In this document: in pieces, positions 29,333 through 38,101 of the stretch
Numbering within the stretch: position 1 is the stretch's first letter
Layout: every line of letters starts with the position of its first letter
Source: Chloroflexi bacterium 44-23
GTDB taxonomy: Bacteria; Chloroflexota; Anaerolineae; Anaerolineales; Anaerolineaceae
Direction of reading: 5' to 3'
DNA: 64,000 nucleotides
Assembly (NCBI GenBank): GCA_001899005.1
Contig: MKUW01000026.1
Location: 21,468 to 85,467, forward strand
Notes under the pieces: generated by a model
Told to the model about the DNA's origin: nothing
The model's database searches: none
The model's input: the letters and a program-made list of their open reading frames with translations, nothing else
Translations under genes and position numbers: made by a program

Positions 29333-29528
29333 TTTCACTCCTCTGGATGTGTATTTCAACGATGAAAAGATGGAAGGTGTTTTTTACGATTACAACCACA
29401 ATGATTTTCACGAATCATTATAGCCTTAATCAATACAGCCTATTTTAAGAATTTTCAATTTCGGACAAATACCAACAAAAATCAGGCAGCTGATGGATCA
29501 ATTCGAGTTGAATGGGGTGAGCGAAGTC

Positions 29529-30077
29529 TTAAGATAGGATGGACTTGACTGCCATCCAGAGATTGGGAGAGACGTGAAATGGGTACGGCAAGGGCTGAGA
29601 GTTTAGTAAGACAAGCTGTTTTCTGCCCCTGCCGGTTTGCACAAGTATCAGGTTGCCGACCCCTGCATTATGACCGGCTTGCAAATCGCTGCTGGCATCA
29701 CCGATTAACCATGAATTTGCCAGATCAAGTTTGTGATCTCGTTGAGCATCCAGGATCATTCCAGGTAAGGGTTTTCGACAGGAACATTCTGCTTCGGGTG
29801 CATGTGGGCAGAGGTAGATATCATCGATGCGGCCGCCATTTTGGTTGATGACTTTTACCAAATTTGCGTTGATTGTGTTAACTGACTCGATTGGCATCAG
29901 ACCACGCCCAACTGCGGATTGGTTGGTGAGAATGATGAGTTTGTACTCACTCTTACTCAATCGACCTAGGGCCTTGCTTGCAAAGGGATAAATGCTGACT
30001 TCATCCCATGCGCGCACGTATTGACTGCGGTTGTGGATGATGACCCCATCGCGGTCCAGAAAGACAGCTTTGTTCAC
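29529..30077 (-). CDS. gmhB: HAD-IIIA phosphatase, D,D-heptose 1,7-bisphosphate phosphatase (GmhB)-like
   Basis: FLDRDGVI motif I, LTNQSAVGRG, Zn-binding CPHAPEAECSCRKP, GDASSD motif. 182 aa. Confidence 0.65.
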   Translation of the reverse strand: MNKAVFLDRDGVIIHNRSQYVRAWDEVSIYPFASKALGRLSKSEYKLIILTNQSAVGRGLMPIESVNTINANLVKVINQNGGRIDDIYLCPHAPEAECSCRKPLPGMILDAQRDHKLDLANSWLIGDASSDLQAGHNAGVGNLILVQTGRGRKQLVLLNSQPLPYPFHVSPNLWMAVKSILS

Positions 30078-30092
30078 CGGCTAAACCACATT

Positions 30093-31586
30093 CTATGGGG
30101 TGCCATAATTGACAATCAGAGCCGGTCTTGCGGCTGCATTCCAATCTTCCACTTCCGATGTACTGAAATATTTACCTGAGTGATAAGCACCATCAGCGGA
30201 ATACAGTGCTAAATAAAGCATACTCTCATTATCCTGGATCGCTTTACGGAGAGCTGTGGCAACATCCCATTCGTATGGAACACCTGGCCACCCTGAAAAA
30301 GTCTCGATTGGATCAACCCATGTCTGGCTGATGTTTTCCAGTAATTGAGGTGCGTTGTTCCAGTTGAGGCTATTCTCGTTCCAACCGCCGCCACTTCTGG
30401 AAACCTGGATCAATGATCGATATGGATGAAATACTGGGTCATTCCACTTCCCCGAATTGCCATAAAGATGTAATTTAAGTTTGGCAGAAAGGATGGCAGT
30501 ATTGGCGGGAATGCTTGAAATTGGGAATGCAAGGAAATACTTGGAATAACAAGGCCAATCCGCAATATCGCGTTGATTTTGAACAACAGCGGTGTAGTTG
30601 TCGGTTGGAGTATAAACTTTTTCACCCCACTGTGTCCAAAAATTTAGATTATCCCCACAAACGGTAAATCCACCCGGGCTCGCATCCTGAACAATTGTAC
30701 CGTTCAATCCTTCCTGGATAATAAGATTGCCCTGTGAAGTTCCATTTATTGTTCCATTGGGCAATAACCCAAATGAAAGACTGCCCCAATTTGTTGCCTC
30801 GCTTTCGCTAAAGGCGGCCGGCCAGTTTTGGGGTGGAATAGTATCTCCATTCAAGTAATCGCGGTCGTGGCCGGTGATTGCCATACGCCAGATGTTGTTT
30901 TCTAAAGGTTGCTGAAAGATTCCTAGAGATGAAAATGGGATCTTAAAACTAATATTCCAGCCGCGATCATCATCGGGATCATTCATTGCCTCACCACGCC
31001 AATCAGCGATAGTGGTAAAGGCATAATTGCCCCGCACCCATTGCGTCCCATTCCAGCGGTAAGCGGCTTGATATCTGTCTCTGGAGAGTTCAAAAGGCGC
31101 CAAACTGGCGACAAATTTTGCAGCCTGGTTGGCAACCAATTGATTGCTACTCGCAGGATTGATGTATAGGGAAATGCTGTCCCAATCCGGCAATTCATCA
31201 GCAGAGGGAGTTTTATCATACCAAAGCAGTCTGTCAAAAGTAGCTATATATAAATACAAAGCATCCGGTCCATATCCAATACGGACATCATAGTAGTTTG
31301 TATTGATTTCCACCTTTCCAAACCAAAAAATGGCCATTTGAGAAAAATAATCTTTCGTATAGTCATTAGTCTGTTGAAAAGGAAGATGCACAATAGGCAA
31401 ATTGTCTGGAGGGGAGGTGATTATTTCACCTGCATTCATGAGTAATGGCAAATAGACTGAAAAACCATTTTCAGATGTGACCGGGATTAACTCCTTTGCC
31501 AATGGCTGACATGCATTCAATAGCAGGACGAAAATCACAATGATGATCGCCAAATTGAAATTAAAACCAACAGTTGCGCCTAGCAT
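30093..31586 (-). CDS. Secreted lipoprotein with C-terminal DNRLRE-like domain
   Basis: Signal peptide with lipobox LLLNAC. C-terminal LKLHLYGNSG...NENSLNWNNAP resembles DNRLRE-type glycan-associated domains. The N-terminal half is of unknown beta-rich fold. Confidence 0.45.
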   Translation of the reverse strand: MLGATVGFNFNLAIIIVIFVLLLNACQPLAKELIPVTSENGFSVYLPLLMNAGEIITSPPDNLPIVHLPFQQTNDYTKDYFSQMAIFWFGKVEINTNYYDVRIGYGPDALYLYIATFDRLLWYDKTPSADELPDWDSISLYINPASSNQLVANQAAKFVASLAPFELSRDRYQAAYRWNGTQWVRGNYAFTTIADWRGEAMNDPDDDRGWNISFKIPFSSLGIFQQPLENNIWRMAITGHDRDYLNGDTIPPQNWPAAFSESEATNWGSLSFGLLPNGTINGTSQGNLIIQEGLNGTIVQDASPGGFTVCGDNLNFWTQWGEKVYTPTDNYTAVVQNQRDIADWPCYSKYFLAFPISSIPANTAILSAKLKLHLYGNSGKWNDPVFHPYRSLIQVSRSGGGWNENSLNWNNAPQLLENISQTWVDPIETFSGWPGVPYEWDVATALRKAIQDNESMLYLALYSADGAYHSGKYFSTSEVEDWNAAARPALIVNYGTP

Positions 31587-31603
31587 GTATTTCTTGTTAA
31601 TAA

Positions 31604-33232
31604 CTACAACACTTTCTTAGTTTGATCAGCAGCTTTTTTGGGGGACTGATCAACCGAGTTCTTAATAATATTTGCAGTCCTTTGCCCTTTGATCGGTGTA
31701 TGATTTGGTTTCTGGTAATAATTATAATAAGCAGACCGCTTGGCACTTCCATTCATCACAAAACCGATAACTTTGGCTTTTGCCATCTTTAATTGCTCAT
31801 TTGCAGTGGACAAAATATCACGGCGTGAGCGGCCAGGACTGACAACCACCAGAACAGCATCTGCTTTTGCGGCCAAAACGAATGAATCGGAGGTTATGAA
31901 AGGAGGTCCATCGATTATAACAACATCGGCTGCGTTTCTAAGTAATTCAATTACCCTATTCGCTGAATCGGAGTTCAACAACTCAGAAGGGTTTGGAGGA
32001 GTCTTTCCGGCTGGAAGCAAATATAACTGGCCGTTGAAGAGAGAAACAAGGTGTTTACTGATCGATTCATTACTGGAAAGAAGTAAATCACTCAAACCAA
32101 TTTCTTTGGTAAGCTTAAATTTCTGTCTGATAACGGATTGATAAAAATCTGCATCGATTAAAATAACACGCTTGTTAGCTTTGGCCAAAGCCAACGCCAG
32201 ATTCATTGAAACCGTAGTTTTTCCTTCAGAGACACCTGGTGAAGTAACCAGGATGGTTTTGACACTTTTTCCCACATCGGCGAATTCGAGATTATTTCGC
32301 AGCGAACGAAATGCATCCGTGATGGGTGAAAAAGGCTGGTCGTTGACGTAACTCAGTGCGTTTTCCTCTTTTGGAATGCGCGGGATTTCTCCCAATTGCT
32401 TAACACCCAATATTTTCGCAGCTTCCTCAGGAATATTGATGGTTTGATCTAGCCATTCGAGCAGAAAGATGCCAATGGCGGCCAAAAGAAAGCCAACCAG
32501 GGCTGCCAGACCGGAAGTGACCAGTCTGCTCGGGCTGATGGATTTGTGAGGAACCTCTGCGGGTTCAACGATGGTCAACGAATTTAGCGCGCCTTTTGAA
32601 GTAGTTGATAGCAATGAGGCATAGGTATCCTGCAGTGTGGATAGTTTATTTCCCAATGAAAAAATCTGCTGTTCAAGATTGGAGATCTGCGATGCGGAAG
32701 AAAGAGAACCCATCTCAAGCTTTTTTTGATCGATTTCATTCTTGGTAGCCTCAATATCGGTTTGCAGAGTATTTAATTGGTCATCAATAAATTTCTGACG
32801 ATCCTGTTGGTCAGAAGAAATGCTGGTGGGTGCACTTTTAATGAGTTGGTCGGCCAACTCTGCAGCGACAGCCCTGGCGCGATTCGGATCACTATCGGTG
32901 ACACTAATTTCGATCAACTGAGTTTCAGGTAGTGCCCGTACAGTGTAGGGCGGCAGCCAATCCAGCCCTAAGGCATCCATCGTTCCACGCCTGACCGGTT
33001 CTCGCGTTCCCATGTCCGCATAAATTGCAGCCAATTGCTGTTCGAGAAAAAATTGACTACTGGAAGGGTTGGGGTTATTAATGGATTGTCCGATAATCAA
33101 CGTTGTACGTGAAAGATACTGCGGTGGTTGTTGCAGAGAGATAAGAAAACTGATTAAACCAGCGATAACCCCAGCTGCGAGAATTATCCATCGCCATTTC
33201 CATAAGGGAGCGAAAATAGATTTTAATTCCAT
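31604..33232 (-). CDS. Polysaccharide co-polymerase / BY-family tyrosine autokinase (fused Wzz + kinase)
   Basis: Two TM segments flank a coiled-coil Wzz-like domain. Walker A SPGVSEGKTT, Walker A' VILIDADF, Walker B VVIIDGPP. C-terminal tyrosine cluster AYYNYYQ. Confidence 0.8.
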   Translation of the reverse strand: MELKSIFAPLWKWRWIILAAGVIAGLISFLISLQQPPQYLSRTTLIIGQSINNPNPSSSQFFLEQQLAAIYADMGTREPVRRGTMDALGLDWLPPYTVRALPETQLIEISVTDSDPNRARAVAAELADQLIKSAPTSISSDQQDRQKFIDDQLNTLQTDIEATKNEIDQKKLEMGSLSSASQISNLEQQIFSLGNKLSTLQDTYASLLSTTSKGALNSLTIVEPAEVPHKSISPSRLVTSGLAALVGFLLAAIGIFLLEWLDQTINIPEEAAKILGVKQLGEIPRIPKEENALSYVNDQPFSPITDAFRSLRNNLEFADVGKSVKTILVTSPGVSEGKTTVSMNLALALAKANKRVILIDADFYQSVIRQKFKLTKEIGLSDLLLSSNESISKHLVSLFNGQLYLLPAGKTPPNPSELLNSDSANRVIELLRNAADVVIIDGPPFITSDSFVLAAKADAVLVVVSPGRSRRDILSTANEQLKMAKAKVIGFVMNGSAKRSAYYNYYQKPNHTPIKGQRTANIIKNSVDQSPKKAADQTKKVL

Positions 33233-33392
33233 GGTAAACCTTTCAACGCAAAAAATACAAATTCCGAAGAATAATTATTAAAACCAACAGACGTACTATC
33301 GCAAATAAATTGGAATCCCAAATTGGAAATGGAATACCTATTAGGATTATAACGAAATTAGCTACCAATAAAATCAATAATATAGTCTCTAA

Positions 33393-34622
33393 CTATGCAG
33401 ATTGACGGTACAGATCTTCCAATTGATAGGCAATTTCTTTCCAGGAATGATGATGTTCTACATATTTTCTTCCTGCAATTCCGATCTTCTGCCGGAGAGA
33501 ATTGTCACGTAACAATTTTATGACTAATTTTGAGAATGCTTCATTCTCATCCGCGACGAGAATGTTTTCCCCGTTCTTAATTTGCAAAGCCTGTGTGGCT
33601 ATGGAAGTCGCAATCACAGGAGTTTCGCAGGCCATTGCTTCCAAAATTTTATTTTGAATGCCGGCACCATATGTAAGCGGAGCGACAGCGATGGCAGCTC
33701 CTTGCAGGAACGGACGGATATCCTTCACCCAGCCAGTGATCATGATGCGATTTTCATGACCGAGTTCAATCACTCTGGATGAAGGATTTTGCCCAACCAC
33801 CCAAAGCCTGGTTTCTGGTATTTCTTGCCAAATGAGTGGCAGAATTTCTTCCACAAATCGGATAACCATGCGCTCATTGGCGTGATAACTCATTTTACCG
33901 CTGATAACAAGCGTGTTTGGGTCGCGTTCGATGGCCGGGTTGGGTAGAAAATATTTCAGATCAACACCGTTGGGCAATACCGAAATATTTTTATCCAAAC
34001 CACGTTCTGATTGAAGCTTAACGAAAATCTGTTGATCCTTGCTGGATGTTACCAAAACACGTTTAAATTTACTGGCAGCATTTGGTTCAAAGTTTGCAGT
34101 CCGGCGTGTCTCTTCTTTCATAATTTGGCGGACAAGCCAGCGCGGATGTTGGCTGGCTGCTTGAGTAAAGAGATGGGTGATCGAATCAACACTGTCCCAT
34201 ATGAGGGTGTATCCCTGGTCAGGGTGATTTTCCATTAATCGCAGAGCATAAATTGCGGAACGAATGTGCTCAAAATGAATGATGTCAAAGTGATTTTCTT
34301 GATCTAACACCAGCGAACATATTTTTTGAAACATTTGCGGCAGAAAACCATATCGCAATTGAATTGGCTGACGTGTGGGAATTGCAGCCAAACTATTTCT
34401 TAATGCCCTCATTTTTGTCAGAGGATAGGAATAAACATGCTCACAGATTTCCAGCAGTTCATTCGTGGGTTCTACCTTTTCCGGAGAGTCATAATATATC
34501 AGGGATATTGTATGTCCTGCTTTGGCAAGATGTCGGATTAATTGGTATGGCCTGACTCTGATTAGGTCCGGTTGGTAGGGGACGACGAATAAAACCCTCA
34601 GTGAGTTACGTTCAGACTCCAA
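33393..34622 (-). CDS. Family 4 (GT-B) glycosyltransferase
   Basis: 409 aa. C-terminal nucleotide-sugar block PLTYGAGIQNKILEAMACETPVIAT (E-x7-E region). Confidence 0.8.
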   Translation of the reverse strand: MESERNSLRVLFVVPYQPDLIRVRPYQLIRHLAKAGHTISLIYYDSPEKVEPTNELLEICEHVYSYPLTKMRALRNSLAAIPTRQPIQLRYGFLPQMFQKICSLVLDQENHFDIIHFEHIRSAIYALRLMENHPDQGYTLIWDSVDSITHLFTQAASQHPRWLVRQIMKEETRRTANFEPNAASKFKRVLVTSSKDQQIFVKLQSERGLDKNISVLPNGVDLKYFLPNPAIERDPNTLVISGKMSYHANERMVIRFVEEILPLIWQEIPETRLWVVGQNPSSRVIELGHENRIMITGWVKDIRPFLQGAAIAVAPLTYGAGIQNKILEAMACETPVIATSIATQALQIKNGENILVADENEAFSKLVIKLLRDNSLRQKIGIAGRKYVEHHHSWKEIAYQLEDLYRQSA

Positions 34623-35931
34623 CTTCTTTTCCTCTAACTTTGCTACTCAATCCTTCAAATAATTTCCCGAGAGCGAGACCTGCGAAGATCAAAAAAAGTG
34701 CGTCAATTGGCAGGCGATAACGCACAAGACTCCAAGTCAGAATATGTATGGAAGCATAGGTGAATCCGAATATGAGAATAATGCTCAGTGGCGAATCGAA
34801 AAAAGGTTTTTTTTGGCGGATAAGATCTTTTAGACTGAAAAATATCCCTGCCAGCATGAATGGCAGTGCCAGGCCGAAGCTGGTGACACGTGCAATATTA
34901 CTGATAATGGACGATTGGCCACTCGGTAAAAATTGAAACAGAATAGGGATGCGGCTGAGGGAAAGGAGCAGATATTGTAGTGGATTTTGAATGACAAAAT
35001 CTAAACCGCGTTTGAGCAATTCTGAATCCAAAGCGGCCTCATCCAGACCTTTTAATTCGGTTGGGAGTAGGTCGAGATAATTGCCCATTTCTTCAGGCAA
35101 AATGCCAACAAAATGAGTTCCGTAAACAGGGTTGTTTGCCCAAAAAAAGGCGAAACCTGCATTTGTATTCAAAAGCACAAAGCGATTGAAACGCTGCATA
35201 TTGTAAAAGGAGAACGGAAGAATCATCAACAGGATTACCAAACCTGCTAATACCATATTGCGGAAATGGATCTTAAAATCTTGTTTACGACGCACCCAAA
35301 GCAGCCAAAGAAATAAGAAAGGTACAATCAATAAGAAAACCTGGCGTAAGAGTACGGCCAGGCCTGTTATTAAGCCCAGGAAAAGATAACGGCTAAATGA
35401 GCCACCAGTTTCGACTATCTCTAATGAAATTAAGAATATGGCCAAAACACATGTGATAAACCAGGCTTCCGTCATTAATGCTGCGCTGTAGTAAATCAAG
35501 TAGGTGTAAATGGCAATCCAACCGGCTGCGAAGAGTGGAGAGTAGTGAGGAAATACTTTTTTGGAGATTCCGTAAATTAACCAGGGTTGCAGAAATCCGA
35601 CAAAAATTGCCTGTAGCATACGCGCTATTAATGGGTTGATACCAAAAATCTTGTAAATTGCCACAAGGAAAAATGTGTACAAATAACTCCAATGTGCGGT
35701 TGGTTCTCCTGGTTTGGTAGCCGGCCACCATGGTTGATCGAAAGTAAAGCCAAATCCTGATAAAACGCGTTGCGCCAGTGTATGATATGTGATTTGATCT
35801 GCTGTACCCGGCAAAATTTCAACTTTATTGCCTAAGTAGACGGCTGCTAAAAGTCTTAAAAAAATTGAGATGAGGATGATGATTATCAGCCCTTGTTTTT
35901 CAGTTATTCGCCCAATTTTATTTGACAGCAT
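34612..35931 (-). CDS. GT-C fold membrane glycosyltransferase (ArnT/PMT family 39/83-like)
   Basis: 439 aa with at least 10 TM helices. First extracytoplasmic loop GTADQITYHTLAQRV is like PMT_2-type polyprenyl-phosphate-sugar-dependent transferases. Confidence 0.55.
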   Translation of the reverse strand: MLSNKIGRITEKQGLIIIILISIFLRLLAAVYLGNKVEILPGTADQITYHTLAQRVLSGFGFTFDQPWWPATKPGEPTAHWSYLYTFFLVAIYKIFGINPLIARMLQAIFVGFLQPWLIYGISKKVFPHYSPLFAAGWIAIYTYLIYYSAALMTEAWFITCVLAIFLISLEIVETGGSFSRYLFLGLITGLAVLLRQVFLLIVPFLFLWLLWVRRKQDFKIHFRNMVLAGLVILLMILPFSFYNMQRFNRFVLLNTNAGFAFFWANNPVYGTHFVGILPEEMGNYLDLLPTELKGLDEAALDSELLKRGLDFVIQNPLQYLLLSLSRIPILFQFLPSGQSSIISNIARVTSFGLALPFMLAGIFFSLKDLIRQKKPFFDSPLSIILIFGFTYASIHILTWSLVRYRLPIDALFLIFAGLALGKLFEGLSSKVRGKEVGV

Positions 35932-35933
35932 GT

Positions 35934-37178
35934 TTAAATCACTTTGGCCTGATTGTAGACTTGGTCCAACTTAGAAAATACGCTTTGCCAGTCATATTTC
36001 TTAACAACTAACTCTCTCCCAGACAGGGCTATTTTTTGCGCTATTTCATAATTATCAAGTAAAAAAATGATTGCTTCTGCCATGTCCCGTGGATTGTCCT
36101 TGACAATTACCTCTTTGCCATCAATTGCAGCTATTCCTTCCAAACCAATTGTTGTGGTTACAACCGGCAATTGGCGGGCAAAACCCTCCAAAATTCTTAC
36201 TCGCATTCCTCCTCCCGCTAACACCGGAACGACCAGGAGTGCGGCTTTCTCAAAATAAGGAGTCAAATTTTCAACATAACCGGTTATAAGAATTTTTCCG
36301 GGGTACTTTGCAGCTGATTCATAAAAATCTGCTGGCGGGTTTTTTCCAATAATTGTTAATCCGGCAGATGTTTTTTTGGCGATAATTAGAGAAAAAACGT
36401 TGTTAATAAACCAGCGAATACCGTCAGCATTGGGCGGGTAATGAAGGCTGCCGACAGTGAGAATTTGTAAAGATTGTTCTGTTTGCTTGACTGGGGTAAT
36501 CTGATTGGTATCAATTGCAATGGGGATGACTGAAATTTTTTCATTCAATTCCTTGTTTGAAGGCTGCAGCGATAAAAGAGCAGTTTTGTCAATCTCGGAC
36601 ACTGCCAGTGTATGATCAAAGTTGGTGATTAGCCAGTCTTCATACTTTTGGATTTTCTTTTTTTCCAAACTAATTAATGGTCGTGCAATTGAGAGTACAT
36701 GCGATCGCATGCGATCCACAATCGTCCAGGTGGCATTGTGAGCATCAAAAATCAAATATGGCGATTTTCTGTCAGGGGATTCTATTTGCTGCCAATTTTT
36801 GGCCATCCAGCCAAATTGGGCCATGCTTAATTGATCTGTGTGGATAACATCAAAGTCGTGTTGTTTCACAAGATCTCGGACTGCAGAGTGCATACTATCG
36901 AGGTTGTCTCTTTCCACCAAAAAAGGTTTACCGTTGAAAATGGATTTTATCAGCGCTACACCATCATGTTTTCTTGAACGCTTAATTGGTACTGCTAAAA
37001 CTTTTCTGCAAAGAGATTCTACGGTTGGCAGATACTCCTTTTCTTCGGGCCGGATAAAAGTTACCAAATATATTTCAGCACTGCTCCTGGCCAGATGCTG
37101 AAAAACATACCAGCTTTTTACTCGCGGGCCTGCATTGGGAGGATATGGCAGGATTTGTGATAAGAATAAAATGCGCAT
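35934..37178 (-). CDS. Family 4 (GT-B) glycosyltransferase
   Basis: 414 aa. VLAGGGMRVRILEGFARQLPVVTT E-x7-E region. Confidence 0.8.
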   Translation of the reverse strand: MRILFLSQILPYPPNAGPRVKSWYVFQHLARSSAEIYLVTFIRPEEKEYLPTVESLCRKVLAVPIKRSRKHDGVALIKSIFNGKPFLVERDNLDSMHSAVRDLVKQHDFDVIHTDQLSMAQFGWMAKNWQQIESPDRKSPYLIFDAHNATWTIVDRMRSHVLSIARPLISLEKKKIQKYEDWLITNFDHTLAVSEIDKTALLSLQPSNKELNEKISVIPIAIDTNQITPVKQTEQSLQILTVGSLHYPPNADGIRWFINNVFSLIIAKKTSAGLTIIGKNPPADFYESAAKYPGKILITGYVENLTPYFEKAALLVVPVLAGGGMRVRILEGFARQLPVVTTTIGLEGIAAIDGKEVIVKDNPRDMAEAIIFLLDNYEIAQKIALSGRELVVKKYDWQSVFSKLDQVYNQAKVI

Positions 37179-37186
37179 ATTGTTCG

Positions 37187-38101
37187 TTAATAAGCAGCTA
37201 TGTTGGCTAACAATTGCGAATAATTCTTAATCAGGTTGCTGGAGTCCGGTGACTGTTTGAAAATATTCATAAAGAATCCAGTTATTATGCGACCAATAGC
37301 CGCAAAAAAAAGAACAACTTTGTAAAGAAAGACTGTTAATCCTCCGTAGTGCTTTCGAAAGAAATAGATTTTTGTTTGGTATAGCTGCAAGAACATGGGC
37401 GTCAATGCCTGTTGAGTGGATTGGCCGCCATAGTGCATAACTACTGAGGTTGGTATCCAGGCATTTTTCCAACCTGCCTTTTGAAACCGATAATTTAAAT
37501 CTACTTCCTCGGTGTACATAAAATAGTTTTCATCCAATAAACCAATCTCTTTCAACGCTGATTTTCGAATTAATAAACTCGCACCCTGAACGTTGTCAAC
37601 AAATTGAATGCGATTGGTCGGCCATTTATGCATTTTATAGCCTGTCTTCGGGAAAAGCGTTTCAAGATGAAAGAGGCGGACGAATTCTCGCCACAAGGTC
37701 GGAAAAGGGTAACAGGATGTTTGTAAGCTGCCATCCTGGTTAAGGAGTCGTGAACCACAAGCCGCAACGTTTTCATAAGTTAGCAATGCGGATACAAGAC
37801 TGTCCATCGAATCATCATACACAATCGTATCCGGGTTCAACATCCAAAAAAGGTTTCCCTGTGCAACCTGAATTGCCTGGTTATTGGCTGCAGCAAATCC
37901 TTTATTGGTTTCATTTTGTATCCAAATGATTGATGGATAAAGCTTAAACAATTCGCGGGTGACCTTGTCCGAAGACCCATTATCGACTACGATGATTTCA
38001 TATGAAAAATTTGTTTTGGACTTGTAAATACTATCCAGGCAAGCACGTAAATACACCCCCACATTGTAAGAGACTATGGCAATTGAAACATCAATGGTCA
38101 A
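37187..38101 (-). CDS. Family 2 glycosyltransferase (rhamnosyltransferase-like)
   Basis: VSIAIVSYNVGVYLRACLDS...VVDNGSSD and a DxD-like NPD. The ORF-track start 38224 overlaps the upstream gene by 127 nt. TTG 38101 is preceded by AGGAG and overlaps the upstream TGA stop (TTGA), so it is preferred. Confidence 0.8.
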   Translation of the reverse strand: MTIDVSIAIVSYNVGVYLRACLDSIYKSKTNFSYEIIVVDNGSSDKVTRELFKLYPSIIWIQNETNKGFAAANNQAIQVAQGNLFWMLNPDTIVYDDSMDSLVSALLTYENVAACGSRLLNQDGSLQTSCYPFPTLWREFVRLFHLETLFPKTGYKMHKWPTNRIQFVDNVQGASLLIRKSALKEIGLLDENYFMYTEEVDLNYRFQKAGWKNAWIPTSVVMHYGGQSTQQALTPMFLQLYQTKIYFFRKHYGGLTVFLYKVVLFFAAIGRIITGFFMNIFKQSPDSSNLIKNYSQLLANIAAY

